Shown here in pieces: positions 8,677 to 16,640 of a stretch of 28,765 nucleotides of DNA (position 1 is its first letter; every line of letters begins with the position of its first letter). The translations under genes were made by a program, and so were the position numbers. The notes beneath the pieces were generated by a model. It ran no database searches. It saw only the letters and a program-made list of their open reading frames with translations, and was not told where the DNA came from. Source of the stretch: an uncultured Planctomycetaceae bacterium (GTDB taxonomy: Bacteria > Planctomycetota > Planctomycetia > Pirellulales > Thermoguttaceae); NCBI GenBank assembly GCA_964520785.1, contig CAZFQG010000070.1, forward strand, positions 1 to 28,765. The letters run 5' to 3'.

Positions 8677-10797
8677 TTATTCCGGACTCCGCAAGTGACG
8701 CCTTGCTCTCCCAAGGGCGATGAGGGGAAAGTAGTGGCGGTAGAGATTGTAGTTGAGCATGAAGCCCCGGGCCAGTTCGCGCCCCTGTTCCAGGGTCGCG
8801 CCGGCGCGGTCGAGTGCCACCTTCCGACCGAGGGCATAGCCGGGAAATCCGGTGCCGGTGTACTCGGGCTCGTCCCAGGTCCCCTCTACCTGAGTCCGCA
8901 GCAGGTAGTCGACACCCCGTCGGATGGCCACGTCGTATCGGCGAGACCCCGTCGCCAGTAAGGCCATCAGGGCCCATCCGGTTTGCGAGGCGGTACTCGG
9001 ACCGGTGCCGCGGAGGGAGTCGTCCATGTAGGAAGCACAGGTCTCCCCCCATCCGCCGTCGTCGTTCTGATGCCCCATGATCCACCGTGCCGCCCTTTGG
9101 ATTTCAGAGTGGTCGTCGTCGAAACCGACCGCGCTGAGTGCCGGAAGGACCGCCCCGGTCCCATATAAATAATTGACTCCCCATCGGCCGAACCAACTGC
9201 CGTCCGCCTCTTGTTCGCCCAGAATGTACGTGACTGCGGCGGCGACGGCCGGATCGTCCTTCCCGGCTCCGGTCGCCGCCAGTGCTTCCACGGCATGGGC
9301 CGTAACATCGACGCTGGGCGGGTCGAGAACCTCGCCGAAATCACAAAACGGAATCTTCGTGACCAGGGCACTGGTGTTATCCCGGTCGAAAGCGGCCCAG
9401 CCGCCGTTGGAACTCTGCATCCCGCGGAGCCATTCGGACGCGGAGTGAATCGCCGATTCCACCTTCGCGGCCGTCTCGGGATGCCGCGAAAGACCCCGGC
9501 GAAGCCGCGCGAGCACGAGAATCCCCACGGCCGTGTCGTCGACGTCCGGGTAGAAGCGGTTTGCCCGTTCGAAGGGCCAGCCACCCGGCTGAAGATGCGG
9601 ATCGCGGACCGCCCAATCACCGCGATAGTCGGCCTGCTTTTCGAGTATCCACTCGACCGACTCCAAGATCGCGTTGTCGACGGCCGCCGGATCGGTCTCC
9701 AGAATCGCCAATAGCGACAGAAGTGTGTCCCAGACGGGCGATTCACTCGCCTGCAGATAGATCGCGCCGTCCCGCTCGTAGGACCAGTGGGCGTCGAATG
9801 CTTCAAGGCCGCCGCGCATTACCGGATGGTCGAGGGGGTAGCCCTCCTCGGCCAGTGCCATGAGCGAGTAAATCCACGGCGGCTGAATGCCGCTCCAGGC
9901 GCCGTCGGCCTCCTGGTGTTTGAGTATCCACTCCAGACAGAGCCTAATGGCCGTGTCCCGGCCCGGTTGCCAGGAGAACCGCGAGTAGCCCCGGCACGCC
10001 TTGTCGGCCGCGAAGAATAGCGATTCCCACGAAAACCACCGCGATCGCCGTCGAAAGCGAAAATCGAACACGCGGCGACCGCCGGGAAACAATTCGTCCA
10101 GCCTCCGTTCCGGGGGCAGCGGATGGACCGGTCGGCGAGCGGAGAGGACCGCGATGGGAACCATCGTTCCGCGGGCCCAGGAAGCGAACCGGTAGATATT
10201 CAAAGGCGCCCAGTTCGGCAGCAAGATCAATTCGGGAGGAACGGCCGGGATCACCTCCCAGGGCCATTCCCCGATGAGTGCCAGCCAATATCGCGTGAAG
10301 ACGCGGACCCTGGCGAGCGCACCGGAGGCGAAAATCCACTCCCGGGCCTTGGCGATGGGTTCGGCATCGACCGAAAAGCCCGCGCACCGGAGAGCGGCGT
10401 AGCACTCGACGGTGGTATTCACGTCTCCGTCGGGAGCGCCGCGGTAGACCTCCCACGAGCCGTCGTCGCGCTGCTCGGCGAGGATCGCGCGGATGACGCC
10501 GTCGTACTTAAGGTCATTGCGAACCCCCAATACATGTATGGCGAGGATCCACTGGGCCTCCATGCAGGAATTGGACTGAAGCGGCGCTACCCAGTACCCT
10601 TCGTCCCGCCGCCGGCCGCGAAGCCACCTGGCCGCCGCGGCGATCGCCGTGTCCAACGCCTCTAGGGAATAGATCGCTTGAGGAACGCCCCCGGCGGGGT
10701 ACACGGGCCTCCGCCGCGACCCCTCCTCGGGGGTACCCTTGTGTTCCGAGAGGGAAGGCGGCGCTTGGTATTTCGAGACGCTCATGGCTCGGGACAT
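8677..10797 (-). CDS. shc: Squalene-hopene cyclase (terpene cyclase, class II)
   Basis: Catalytic DVDDTAV (DxDDTA) motif present. Multiple QW repeats (QEADGAWSG, QADYRGDW, QSSNGGWAAF, QEADGSWFGRWG, QNDDGGWGE). The ORF frame begins at a TTG (10812); in-frame ATGs lie at 10797 and 10785, so the start is uncertain by about 30 nt. Confidence 0.85.
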   Translation of the reverse strand: MSRAMSVSKYQAPPSLSEHKGTPEEGSRRRPVYPAGGVPQAIYSLEALDTAIAAAARWLRGRRRDEGYWVAPLQSNSCMEAQWILAIHVLGVRNDLKYDGVIRAILAEQRDDGSWEVYRGAPDGDVNTTVECYAALRCAGFSVDAEPIAKAREWIFASGALARVRVFTRYWLALIGEWPWEVIPAVPPELILLPNWAPLNIYRFASWARGTMVPIAVLSARRPVHPLPPERRLDELFPGGRRVFDFRFRRRSRWFSWESLFFAADKACRGYSRFSWQPGRDTAIRLCLEWILKHQEADGAWSGIQPPWIYSLMALAEEGYPLDHPVMRGGLEAFDAHWSYERDGAIYLQASESPVWDTLLSLLAILETDPAAVDNAILESVEWILEKQADYRGDWAVRDPHLQPGGWPFERANRFYPDVDDTAVGILVLARLRRGLSRHPETAAKVESAIHSASEWLRGMQSSNGGWAAFDRDNTSALVTKIPFCDFGEVLDPPSVDVTAHAVEALAATGAGKDDPAVAAAVTYILGEQEADGSWFGRWGVNYLYGTGAVLPALSAVGFDDDHSEIQRAARWIMGHQNDDGGWGETCASYMDDSLRGTGPSTASQTGWALMALLATGSRRYDVAIRRGVDYLLRTQVEGTWDEPEYTGTGFPGYALGRKVALDRAGATLEQGRELARGFMLNYNLYRHYFPLIALGRARRHLRSPE

Positions 10798-11099
10798 CCT
10801 TGTCGCATTCAAGACAAATTCCTGACAACTCCGGAATCCTGCCGTCTCGGAGCAGCGGATGGGAGGCCCCGAGTGGGCATTTCAAGAGTCCAGGGTATCG
10901 CCGGCGTCGCAAATCCACAAGGGCAGGGTATCGGCGAACTTCTGGAATCCCACGAACTTTCTCAACCAGCATAAACGCCAAAGTGCGCAAATGGTTTCCC
11001 CGATTATTTGGGGGGTATGTCCGGGGAGGATTGAATCGAACTTGGCCACGTTCTACATTGAATTCTTGCGGAGGGGTCCTACCCACACCATGGCCCTAT

Positions 11100-11108
11100 T
11101 GGTATACT
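11100..11108 (+). promoter_or_regulatory. Candidate extended -10 element (TGgTATACT) about 65 nt upstream of the DapA/NanA-family gene
   Basis: ttggTATACTaaagg inside the 360-bp divergent intergenic region between shc (-) and the aldolase gene (+). No convincing -35. Confidence 0.3.
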
Positions 11109-11174
11109 AAAGGTTATTCGGCAGCGCTAACACGCGTCGGAAGGATCGAACGCACACCCGGTTCGGAGATCGAG

Positions 11175-12110
11175 ATGAATGGGAAGAGCCTCCCGTTAGA
11201 GGGAATCATCCCGCCGATGGTCACACCTTTAGCCCAGCGCGACGTCCTCGATCGCGCGGGTCTGGGGCGTTTGGTCGAGCATCTGCTTTCCGGCGGGATT
11301 CACGGCCTCTTCATTTTGGGAACGACCGGAGAAGCCCCCAGTTTGTGCCACCGGGTCCGCGCCGAGTTGGTAGAGCGGGTTTGCGATCAAGTCGGGGACC
11401 GGCTGCCGGTTCTCGTCGGAATCACGGACACCTCCTTCGGGGAATCCGTTGAAATGGCGGAAGCGGCCGCCGACAACGGGGCCGTTGGTGTCGTCGCCGC
11501 CGCCCCCTATTACTTTCCCGCCGGGCAGCCGGAACTCCTGGAATACATCGAGCGGCTTGCCGCGGAAGTGCCGCTTCCGCTCTATCTGTACAACATGCCG
11601 GGCTGCACGAAGGTTTCGTTCGAACCGGAGACGGTCCGGGCCGCGGCGGCAATTCCGGGGATTGTCGCGATCAAAGACAGCTCCGGCGATTTGGACTATT
11701 TCCGGCGCGTCCGCGACGCGGTCGCCGAATTCGCCGATTTTCGTCTGCTGATCGGGCCGGAAGAAATGCTACCACAGGCGATGGCGCTAGGCGCCTCCGG
11801 CGGGGTCACCGGCGGCGCGAATATGTTTCCTCGACTCTATGTCGCGCTCTACGACGCGATCAGGTCAAACGATGCCGAGCGTATTCGCGCTCTCCATGCC
11901 AGAGTCCTGAAGATTTCCAGCACCATCTACGAAGTCGGCCGGTTCGACTCCCGGGTCATCAAGGGAATCAAGACCGTCTTGTCGTGCCTCGGTATCTGCG
12001 ACGACTACATGGCCGATCCCTTCCAGCGGTTCCGCAGCGAGGAACGATGCCGCATTCAGGAGTACGTACGCGAACTCGGCCTTCTGGATTCCCGTGCCGC
12101 CACCTCGTAA
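11175..12110 (+). CDS. DapA/NanA-family class I (Schiff-base) aldolase: dihydrodipicolinate synthase / N-acetylneuraminate lyase family
   Basis: The ORF frame opens at 10800, but the ATG at 11175 follows a GGAG SD (MNGKSLPLEGIIPPMVTPL). Family motifs: GTTGE; LYLYNMP (YN.P Tyr); IVAIKDSSGD (Schiff-base Lys); GASGGVTGGANM. Its position beside sialidases makes NanA-like activity plausible but unproven. Confidence 0.8.
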   Translation: MNGKSLPLEGIIPPMVTPLAQRDVLDRAGLGRLVEHLLSGGIHGLFILGTTGEAPSLCHRVRAELVERVCDQVGDRLPVLVGITDTSFGESVEMAEAAADNGAVGVVAAAPYYFPAGQPELLEYIERLAAEVPLPLYLYNMPGCTKVSFEPETVRAAAAIPGIVAIKDSSGDLDYFRRVRDAVAEFADFRLLIGPEEMLPQAMALGASGGVTGGANMFPRLYVALYDAIRSNDAERIRALHARVLKISSTIYEVGRFDSRVIKGIKTVLSCLGICDDYMADPFQRFRSEERCRIQEYVRELGLLDSRAATS

Positions 12111-12261
12111 CGACAAGGGGGGTCGACCAGTTTGTATGAGGGTTTTCTCACGAGTTCTCCCAAAAGGGGGGTGAGTTAATCGCGAGATGTCGCTTTAGGG
12201 TGCCGGGAGTCGTGAAATCAGATGAGGGGCTTCACGCACCGAAAAAGCCGATGGAAACCGC

Positions 12262-12290
12262 TTGACGGGCGTGAGGGGCGCATCTAGAAT
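12262..12290 (+). promoter_or_regulatory. Candidate sigma70-type promoter TTGACG-N17-TAGAAT upstream of the phenol-lyase/tryptophanase-family gene, leaving a leader of about 120 nt
   Basis: cTTGACGggcgtgaggggcgcatcTAGAATcgtataattc: near-consensus -35 and -10 hexamers with a 17-nt spacer. A second TATAAT lies 4 nt downstream. Confidence 0.4.
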
Positions 12291-12417
12291 CGTATAATTC
12301 ATCTTGGGGGGGAGCCGGTTCCGAGTCTTTAAGAACTGCGAGGCGACGCATAATCGCGGTTCGCGCGCCTTCCCCATTTTGCCACGAGTTTCCACCAGCG
12401 AACTAGAGGAAAGGCGC

Positions 12418-13887
12418 ATGCAGCCCAATTCGAGCAACGAGAACAAAGTCAAGTTTTACGGCGGACAGGATCTCCCCCTGGAGTTGCACAAGGTGCGGAT
12501 CGTCCAGAAGCTGTTCCTCCTTCCCATCGAAGAGCGGCTCCGGGCGATCGGCGAGGCGGGGTACAACTCCTTCCTCTTGAGCACGTCGGACATCTTCTTG
12601 GACATGCTCACCGATTCCGGCTGCAACGCGATGAGTGACCAGCAGGTCGCCTCGATGCTGGTGGCGGACGATGCGTATGCCGGGAGCCAAAGCTACTAAC
12701 GGCTTGAGAAAAAGGTCCGGGACATCTTCGGGAAGCATTACGTGTTGCCGGTCCACCAGGGACGCGCCGCGGAGAACATCATCTCGCAGACGTTCGTCAA
12801 GCCGGGCGACCACGTCCCGATGAACTACCACTTCACGACGACGAAGGCCCACATCGAGATCAACGGCGGCACGCTCCACGAAATCTACGGCGACGACGCG
12901 CTCCAAATCAAGAGCGACAAGCCTTTCAAGGGCAACATCGACATCGCCAAGCTTCGCCACGTCATCGAGACGAAGGGGAAGGACAACATCCCCTTCATTC
13001 GGATGGAGGCTTCTACGAACTTGATTGGCGGCCAGCCGTATTCGATGGAGAACATGCGCCAAGTGAAAAGGGTGGCGGAGGAATTCGGCCTGATGCTGGT
13101 TCTCGACGCGAGTCTCATCGGCGAGAACGCGTACTTCATCAAGCAGCGCGAAGAGGGCTATCGGGACAAATCAATCGCGGACATTCTGCTCGAAATGTCC
13201 TCCCTGTCCGATCTCGTTTACTTCTCGGCGCGGAAGCTCAGTTCGTCGCGCGGCGGCATCATCTGCACCAACGACGAGTCGCTCTACCTGAAGATGCGCG
13301 ACCTGGTTCCCCTTTATGAAGGATTCCTCACCTACGGCGGCATGTCCGTCCGCGAAATCGAGGCCATGACGGTCGGCCTCGATGAAACGCTCGATGACCA
13401 GATGATTTGCCAGTCCCCTTCTTTCGTCGACTACTTCGTCCGAAAGGCGGATGCGATGGGCCTGCCGGTCGTCACCCCCGGCGGCGCCTTGGGTGCCCAC
13501 GTCGATGCCCTGGGATTCCTCGACCATGTGCCCCAGACCGAGTACTCCGCCGGAGCGCTCGTTTCGGCCTATTACCTGGTCTCCGGCGTTCGCGGCATGG
13601 AACGCGGGACGATTTCGTCCGTCCGCCTGGAAGACGGCTCCGACCTGCTGGCCGACATGGAGCTGATGCGATTGGCTTTCCCGCGGCGGGTATTCACCCT
13701 CTCGCAGGTCGAATACGCGCTGGACCGGTTGGCGTGGCTCTACGAAAACCGCGAACTCGTCGGCGGCCTCGAGTGGGAGCACGAACCCAGGGTCCTCCGC
13801 TTCTTCCTCGGCCGCCTCAAGCCGAAGACCGATTGGCCCCAAAGACTCATGGCCAAGTTCCGCGCCGATTTCGGTGACAGCCTTTAG
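12418..13887 (+). pseudogene. Beta-eliminating lyase (tyrosine phenol-lyase / tryptophanase family) interrupted by a single in-frame TAA at 12697-12699. Either a nonsense-mutation pseudogene or an uncorrected base error.
   Basis: ORF 12304..12699 (real start ATG 12418 after GAGGAAAGG SD; MQPNSS...) and ORF 12742..13887 are in the same frame. Across the TAA the translation reads ...[38 protein letters not shown], which aligns to C. freundii TPL [39 protein letters not shown] and E. coli TnaA [38 protein letters not shown]. The stop therefore replaces a conserved Tyr codon (TAC/TAT to TAA, one substitution). Downstream motifs are intact: NMYFTTT-like NYHFTTTKAH; ENAYFIKQRE; PLP-Lys region SARKLSSSRGG; EGFLTYGGMSVREIEAM. 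Confidence 0.6.
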
Positions 13888-14112
13888 CAGCCTGCTAGAC
13901 TCGGGACGCGAATATCTCCCGGGTCGTTCCTTGACCCGGCTATATGAAGTTTCTTCCGGGGCGCGCCGCGTGCGCCCCGGATATTCTCCCGCGCCGAGCC
14001 TTCTCCGGCGGTTCCGTTTGGGGCGCGGCGTTCGCGTTTTGCATTCGGTCGGTCATCCACTCGTTTCGGCCCACGAAGTAGACTTCGTTGCCGAAGGCTC
14101 ACTCCATATACG

Positions 14113-15255
14113 CTATTCCTCCAACATGGCGTCCAACTCTTCCAGCCTGAATCGGACACTCATAATGTAAGGGGCGGCCCCTTCGGTCCAATGGCCGTAC
14201 GTCGTCGTTACGAAGGTCCCATCCGGAAGAAGCTCCAATCCCGGGTAGGCGCAATCGGCCCCCTTGGTGTTGTCCATGATCCGGACCCGGTAGTCTCCCT
14301 CGCGGCCTTCCAGGATATCTTCATAGCTCCCGACCCAACCGACCCAATCCCCCTTGGTCGGACTCTGGCGGGTCGTATCGCGGAAAGTAAGAAAGAGCCG
14401 GCCGTCGGGGGCGTACCTGCCCACGTGCCGGTCGCCGGTCAGCGCGGCTGGAAGCTGCCGTGGCCGTGTCCATGTCTTCCCCTCGTCATCGGAGAAAATC
14501 ACGAATGAATTGAACTTGCGGCTGTTCTCGCGGAGCAGGCACGCAAGCTGATCGCCGTCGGGAGAGCGGATGACGCCCGGTTCGCACAGGTGGGCCTCGT
14601 CATGCGTGGCGATCACCCTGGGCTCACCCCAGCTAAGGCCGCCGTCGGATGACTCGGTGACATAGACGAGAAATTTGCGATCCTTCCGCGGCTTCGCTTC
14701 GATGAACCGTCCGTCGTCATGGAAAAAGGCCAGATAGTCGCCGTTCTTCAGGCGGACGCACGATGCCATCGCCACGATTCCGCCGAAATCGCCGATCGGC
14801 TCCAAAGGCGTCCAGGTCGTTCCATCGTCCTCCGAGACGGCCATTCGGATCGGGTAAAGTCCCGAAAACATAATAAGCCGCTTCTTGCCGGATAGGTCGA
14901 TCGTGCGGTAGAGAGTCGGAACTTCAAGCGAGGTCGCCCAATTCTCGGGAACCGGAAGTCGCTCACTCCAAGTCGCGCCGGCGTCGTCACTCCGTTTCAT
15001 CACGATCGCGCCGCGACCGTGTCCCTTGGGATAAACGGCGATCATGGTCCGGCCATCTTCCAATAACACGGTCGTGGGGTGTCCTAAATACTGACCGTCC
15101 TCGCGGTCAACCACGACTTGCATGGACTCCTGACCGGAAATATCCAATGTCGGAATCGTGTAATCCGGCCGGGCCGGCTCTTCGGCACTGGCGGCGAAAG
15201 GTCCAACCAGAAGCGATGGGGTCAGCGAAAGCAGTACGAGGAAGCGTTTGATCAT
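14113..15255 (-). CDS. Secreted BNR/Asp-box beta-propeller glycosidase, sialidase (GH33)-like
   Basis: The ORF frame extends to 15519, but the N-terminal extension only translates the 17-bp tandem repeat. The ATG at 15255 gives MIKRFLVLLSLTPSLLVGPFAASA (signal peptide) with AAGGA upstream. Four Asp-boxes: SDDAGATW, SEDDGTTW, SSDGGLSW, SDDEGKTW. No clear FRIP motif seen. Confidence 0.75.
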   Translation of the reverse strand: MIKRFLVLLSLTPSLLVGPFAASAEEPARPDYTIPTLDISGQESMQVVVDREDGQYLGHPTTVLLEDGRTMIAVYPKGHGRGAIVMKRSDDAGATWSERLPVPENWATSLEVPTLYRTIDLSGKKRLIMFSGLYPIRMAVSEDDGTTWTPLEPIGDFGGIVAMASCVRLKNGDYLAFFHDDGRFIEAKPRKDRKFLVYVTESSDGGLSWGEPRVIATHDEAHLCEPGVIRSPDGDQLACLLRENSRKFNSFVIFSDDEGKTWTRPRQLPAALTGDRHVGRYAPDGRLFLTFRDTTRQSPTKGDWVGWVGSYEDILEGREGDYRVRIMDNTKGADCAYPGLELLPDGTFVTTTYGHWTEGAAPYIMSVRFRLEELDAMLEE

Positions 15256-15349
15256 GATGGCGGTTCCTTTGTCAAACAGGGGTGCCAAACAGGGGTTCTT
15301 TCGGTAAAAAAAAAGGGACGAAAGCACGGTGGAAGATAGTCGGGCGACT

Positions 15350-15417
15350 GTGTCTCGCCCTGGACTGTGTCTCGCCCTGGACGGTGTCTCGCCCTGGACG
15401 GTGTCTCGGCCTGGGCG
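15350..15417. repeat. Tandem direct repeat, 17-bp unit x4 (GTGTCTCGCCCTGGAC plus one variable base; last copy has 2 mismatches)
   Basis: Read directly: gtgtctcgccctggac-t-gtgtctcgccctggac-g-gtgtctcgccctggac-g-gtgtctcggcctgggc-g. It lies in the intergenic region ~95-160 nt upstream of the sialidase start (15255, minus strand) and downstream of the thioredoxin-like gene. An A9 run (~15307-15315) sits between the repeats and the sialidase start. Coordinates are +/-2. Confidence 0.8.
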
Positions 15418-15499
15418 GTGCAGGCGGGCTCCGGTCCCGCGAAGCGCACCGTCGTCTCTCTCTTTTTTTCTTGTCGCTTCGCGGACAGCTACCCCACCG

Positions 15500-16003
15500 T
15501 CAGGTGGATCGTCCATCACGATGAGACTGCTGCGCCTGCCGGCTGCCGGGTTGCTCGGAGCCCTTCGCTTCTTTCATGGCCTGTTGCTCCCTCTGATCGA
15601 GCGTGAGCGTTTCGTTGATAAACGCCTCTACCACCCTTGGGCCGCGACCGCCGATAATCTTGCTCCGAATCCATCCTTTATCGGTACGCCGAAAGGTAAT
15701 CAGTTGGGGGATGGGACCACGACTGGTCAGCTCGCGTCCCAATCGTTTTTCCTCATCCAAATCGACATAGGCATAGACAACCTTGCGCAGCAGACCGCGC
15801 CGCCGGATCACCGGGACGACGTTCTCCTTCATCTCCACGCACGCGGGGCACCATTTCGCGCCAACAAGGACGAACATCGGTTGCCCTGTTTCGGTGACTT
15901 CCTTGTGGGCCCAATCGTATGTACCGATTCGCGGCGAGTTCGTCGCTTCGCCGCCCGACAGGACAAGAGACAATTGCAGAAACGTCGCCATCGTCAAATT
16001 CAT
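15500..16003 (-). CDS. Secreted thioredoxin-fold thiol-disulfide oxidoreductase (WCPAC active site)
   Basis: ATG at 16003 with AAGGAG upstream. MNLTMATFLQLSLVLSG is signal-like. WCPACVEMKEN is the thioredoxin CxxC motif. Confidence 0.7.
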   Translation of the reverse strand: MNLTMATFLQLSLVLSGGEATNSPRIGTYDWAHKEVTETGQPMFVLVGAKWCPACVEMKENVVPVIRRRGLLRKVVYAYVDLDEEKRLGRELTSRGPIPQLITFRRTDKGWIRSKIIGGRGPRVVEAFINETLTLDQREQQAMKEAKGSEQPGSRQAQQSHRDGRST

Positions 16004-16317
16004 ACGGGTCAACTCCTTGTGGTTATCGCTTGCTTTTCATTCAGAGGGCCGAAGTACGGCGGACATCGGTGGTCAGGCAGGCTCATGTGGAAAGGTCGAA
16101 GGCATCCCGAGGGCAATCGCGAAAAAAAACCGCACGAACCGTCGGACGCGAAGGGAAGGCAGGAAACAGGCTAGCAAAAAAGGAAGGGAAGGTGAAGTGG
16201 CAAAGGGGTGCCAAGGGCGGGCAATACCGGCGAATTCGAAGGCCGCAAAACCACGTGGCGATACGAGTCTCGAACTGCAACAAAACGAAAATAATAAAAA
16301 AAACACATTACCGCAAT

Positions 16318-16372
16318 GAATCCGTCCGGAAAACGGACGGAAACTCCGATTAAGAAAGTGGAGTTTTGCGAA
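16318..16372 (+). other. Two adjacent hairpins (ccgtccg-gaaaa-cggacgg, then aactcc-N12-ggagtt followed by TTTT) inside an AT-rich island in the 630-bp divergent intergenic region
   Basis: aatccgtccggaaaacggacggaaactccgattaagaaagtggagttttgcgaatgc. The surrounding ~190 bp (~16230-16420) is markedly AT-rich relative to the rest of the window. Confidence 0.3.
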
Positions 16373-16640
16373 TGCATGTATATTATTTTCTGGGAGCGTG
16401 TTCAACAACCCTCCTACTGGAGAATGGTGGCCCCCATTAGCGTAGTTCTCTATCAACACTAAGATCATGGGTTGGCAGAACGCCGAAGTACCGCAATCGC
16501 CCGGATGAAACCGCAACGTCAACCCCAGTTCCTACCGCTGACAAAGCACAAGGGTATAATCATTCGTCGGACCAGATGTCGCTTACTTTGCATTACGCCG
16601 GTAAGCCTGGGCCGTGTTTTTTGGGGCCCGGTGATTGCGG

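Noticed and set aside
8967-9806. 279-aa minus ORF and several + ORFs (9211..9714, 10123..10665) inside the shc gene
   Set aside because: Alternative frames of a gene identified by DxDDTA and QW motifs; Arg/Pro/Ser-rich.
10800-11174. N-terminal 125-codon extension of the aldolase ORF
   Set aside because: DapA/NanA-family proteins start at the MVTP-type N-terminus. The extension is Arg/Ser-rich, overlaps the divergent shc promoter region, and a GGAG SD precedes the internal ATG at 11175.
12403-13062. 219-aa minus ORF across the lyase gene junction, plus 13171..13842 minus
   Set aside because: Antisense to a frame with end-to-end homology to TPL/TnaA.
15350-15417. Possible CRISPR array
   Set aside because: Repeats are directly adjacent with single-base separators (17-bp period) and no spacers. 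Only four copies; no cas genes in the window.
15256-15519. N-terminal extension of the sialidase ORF containing repeated GETPSRARHSPGRDTV
   Set aside because: This is simply the translation of the 17-bp tandem DNA repeat. The signal peptide starts at the internal ATG (15255).
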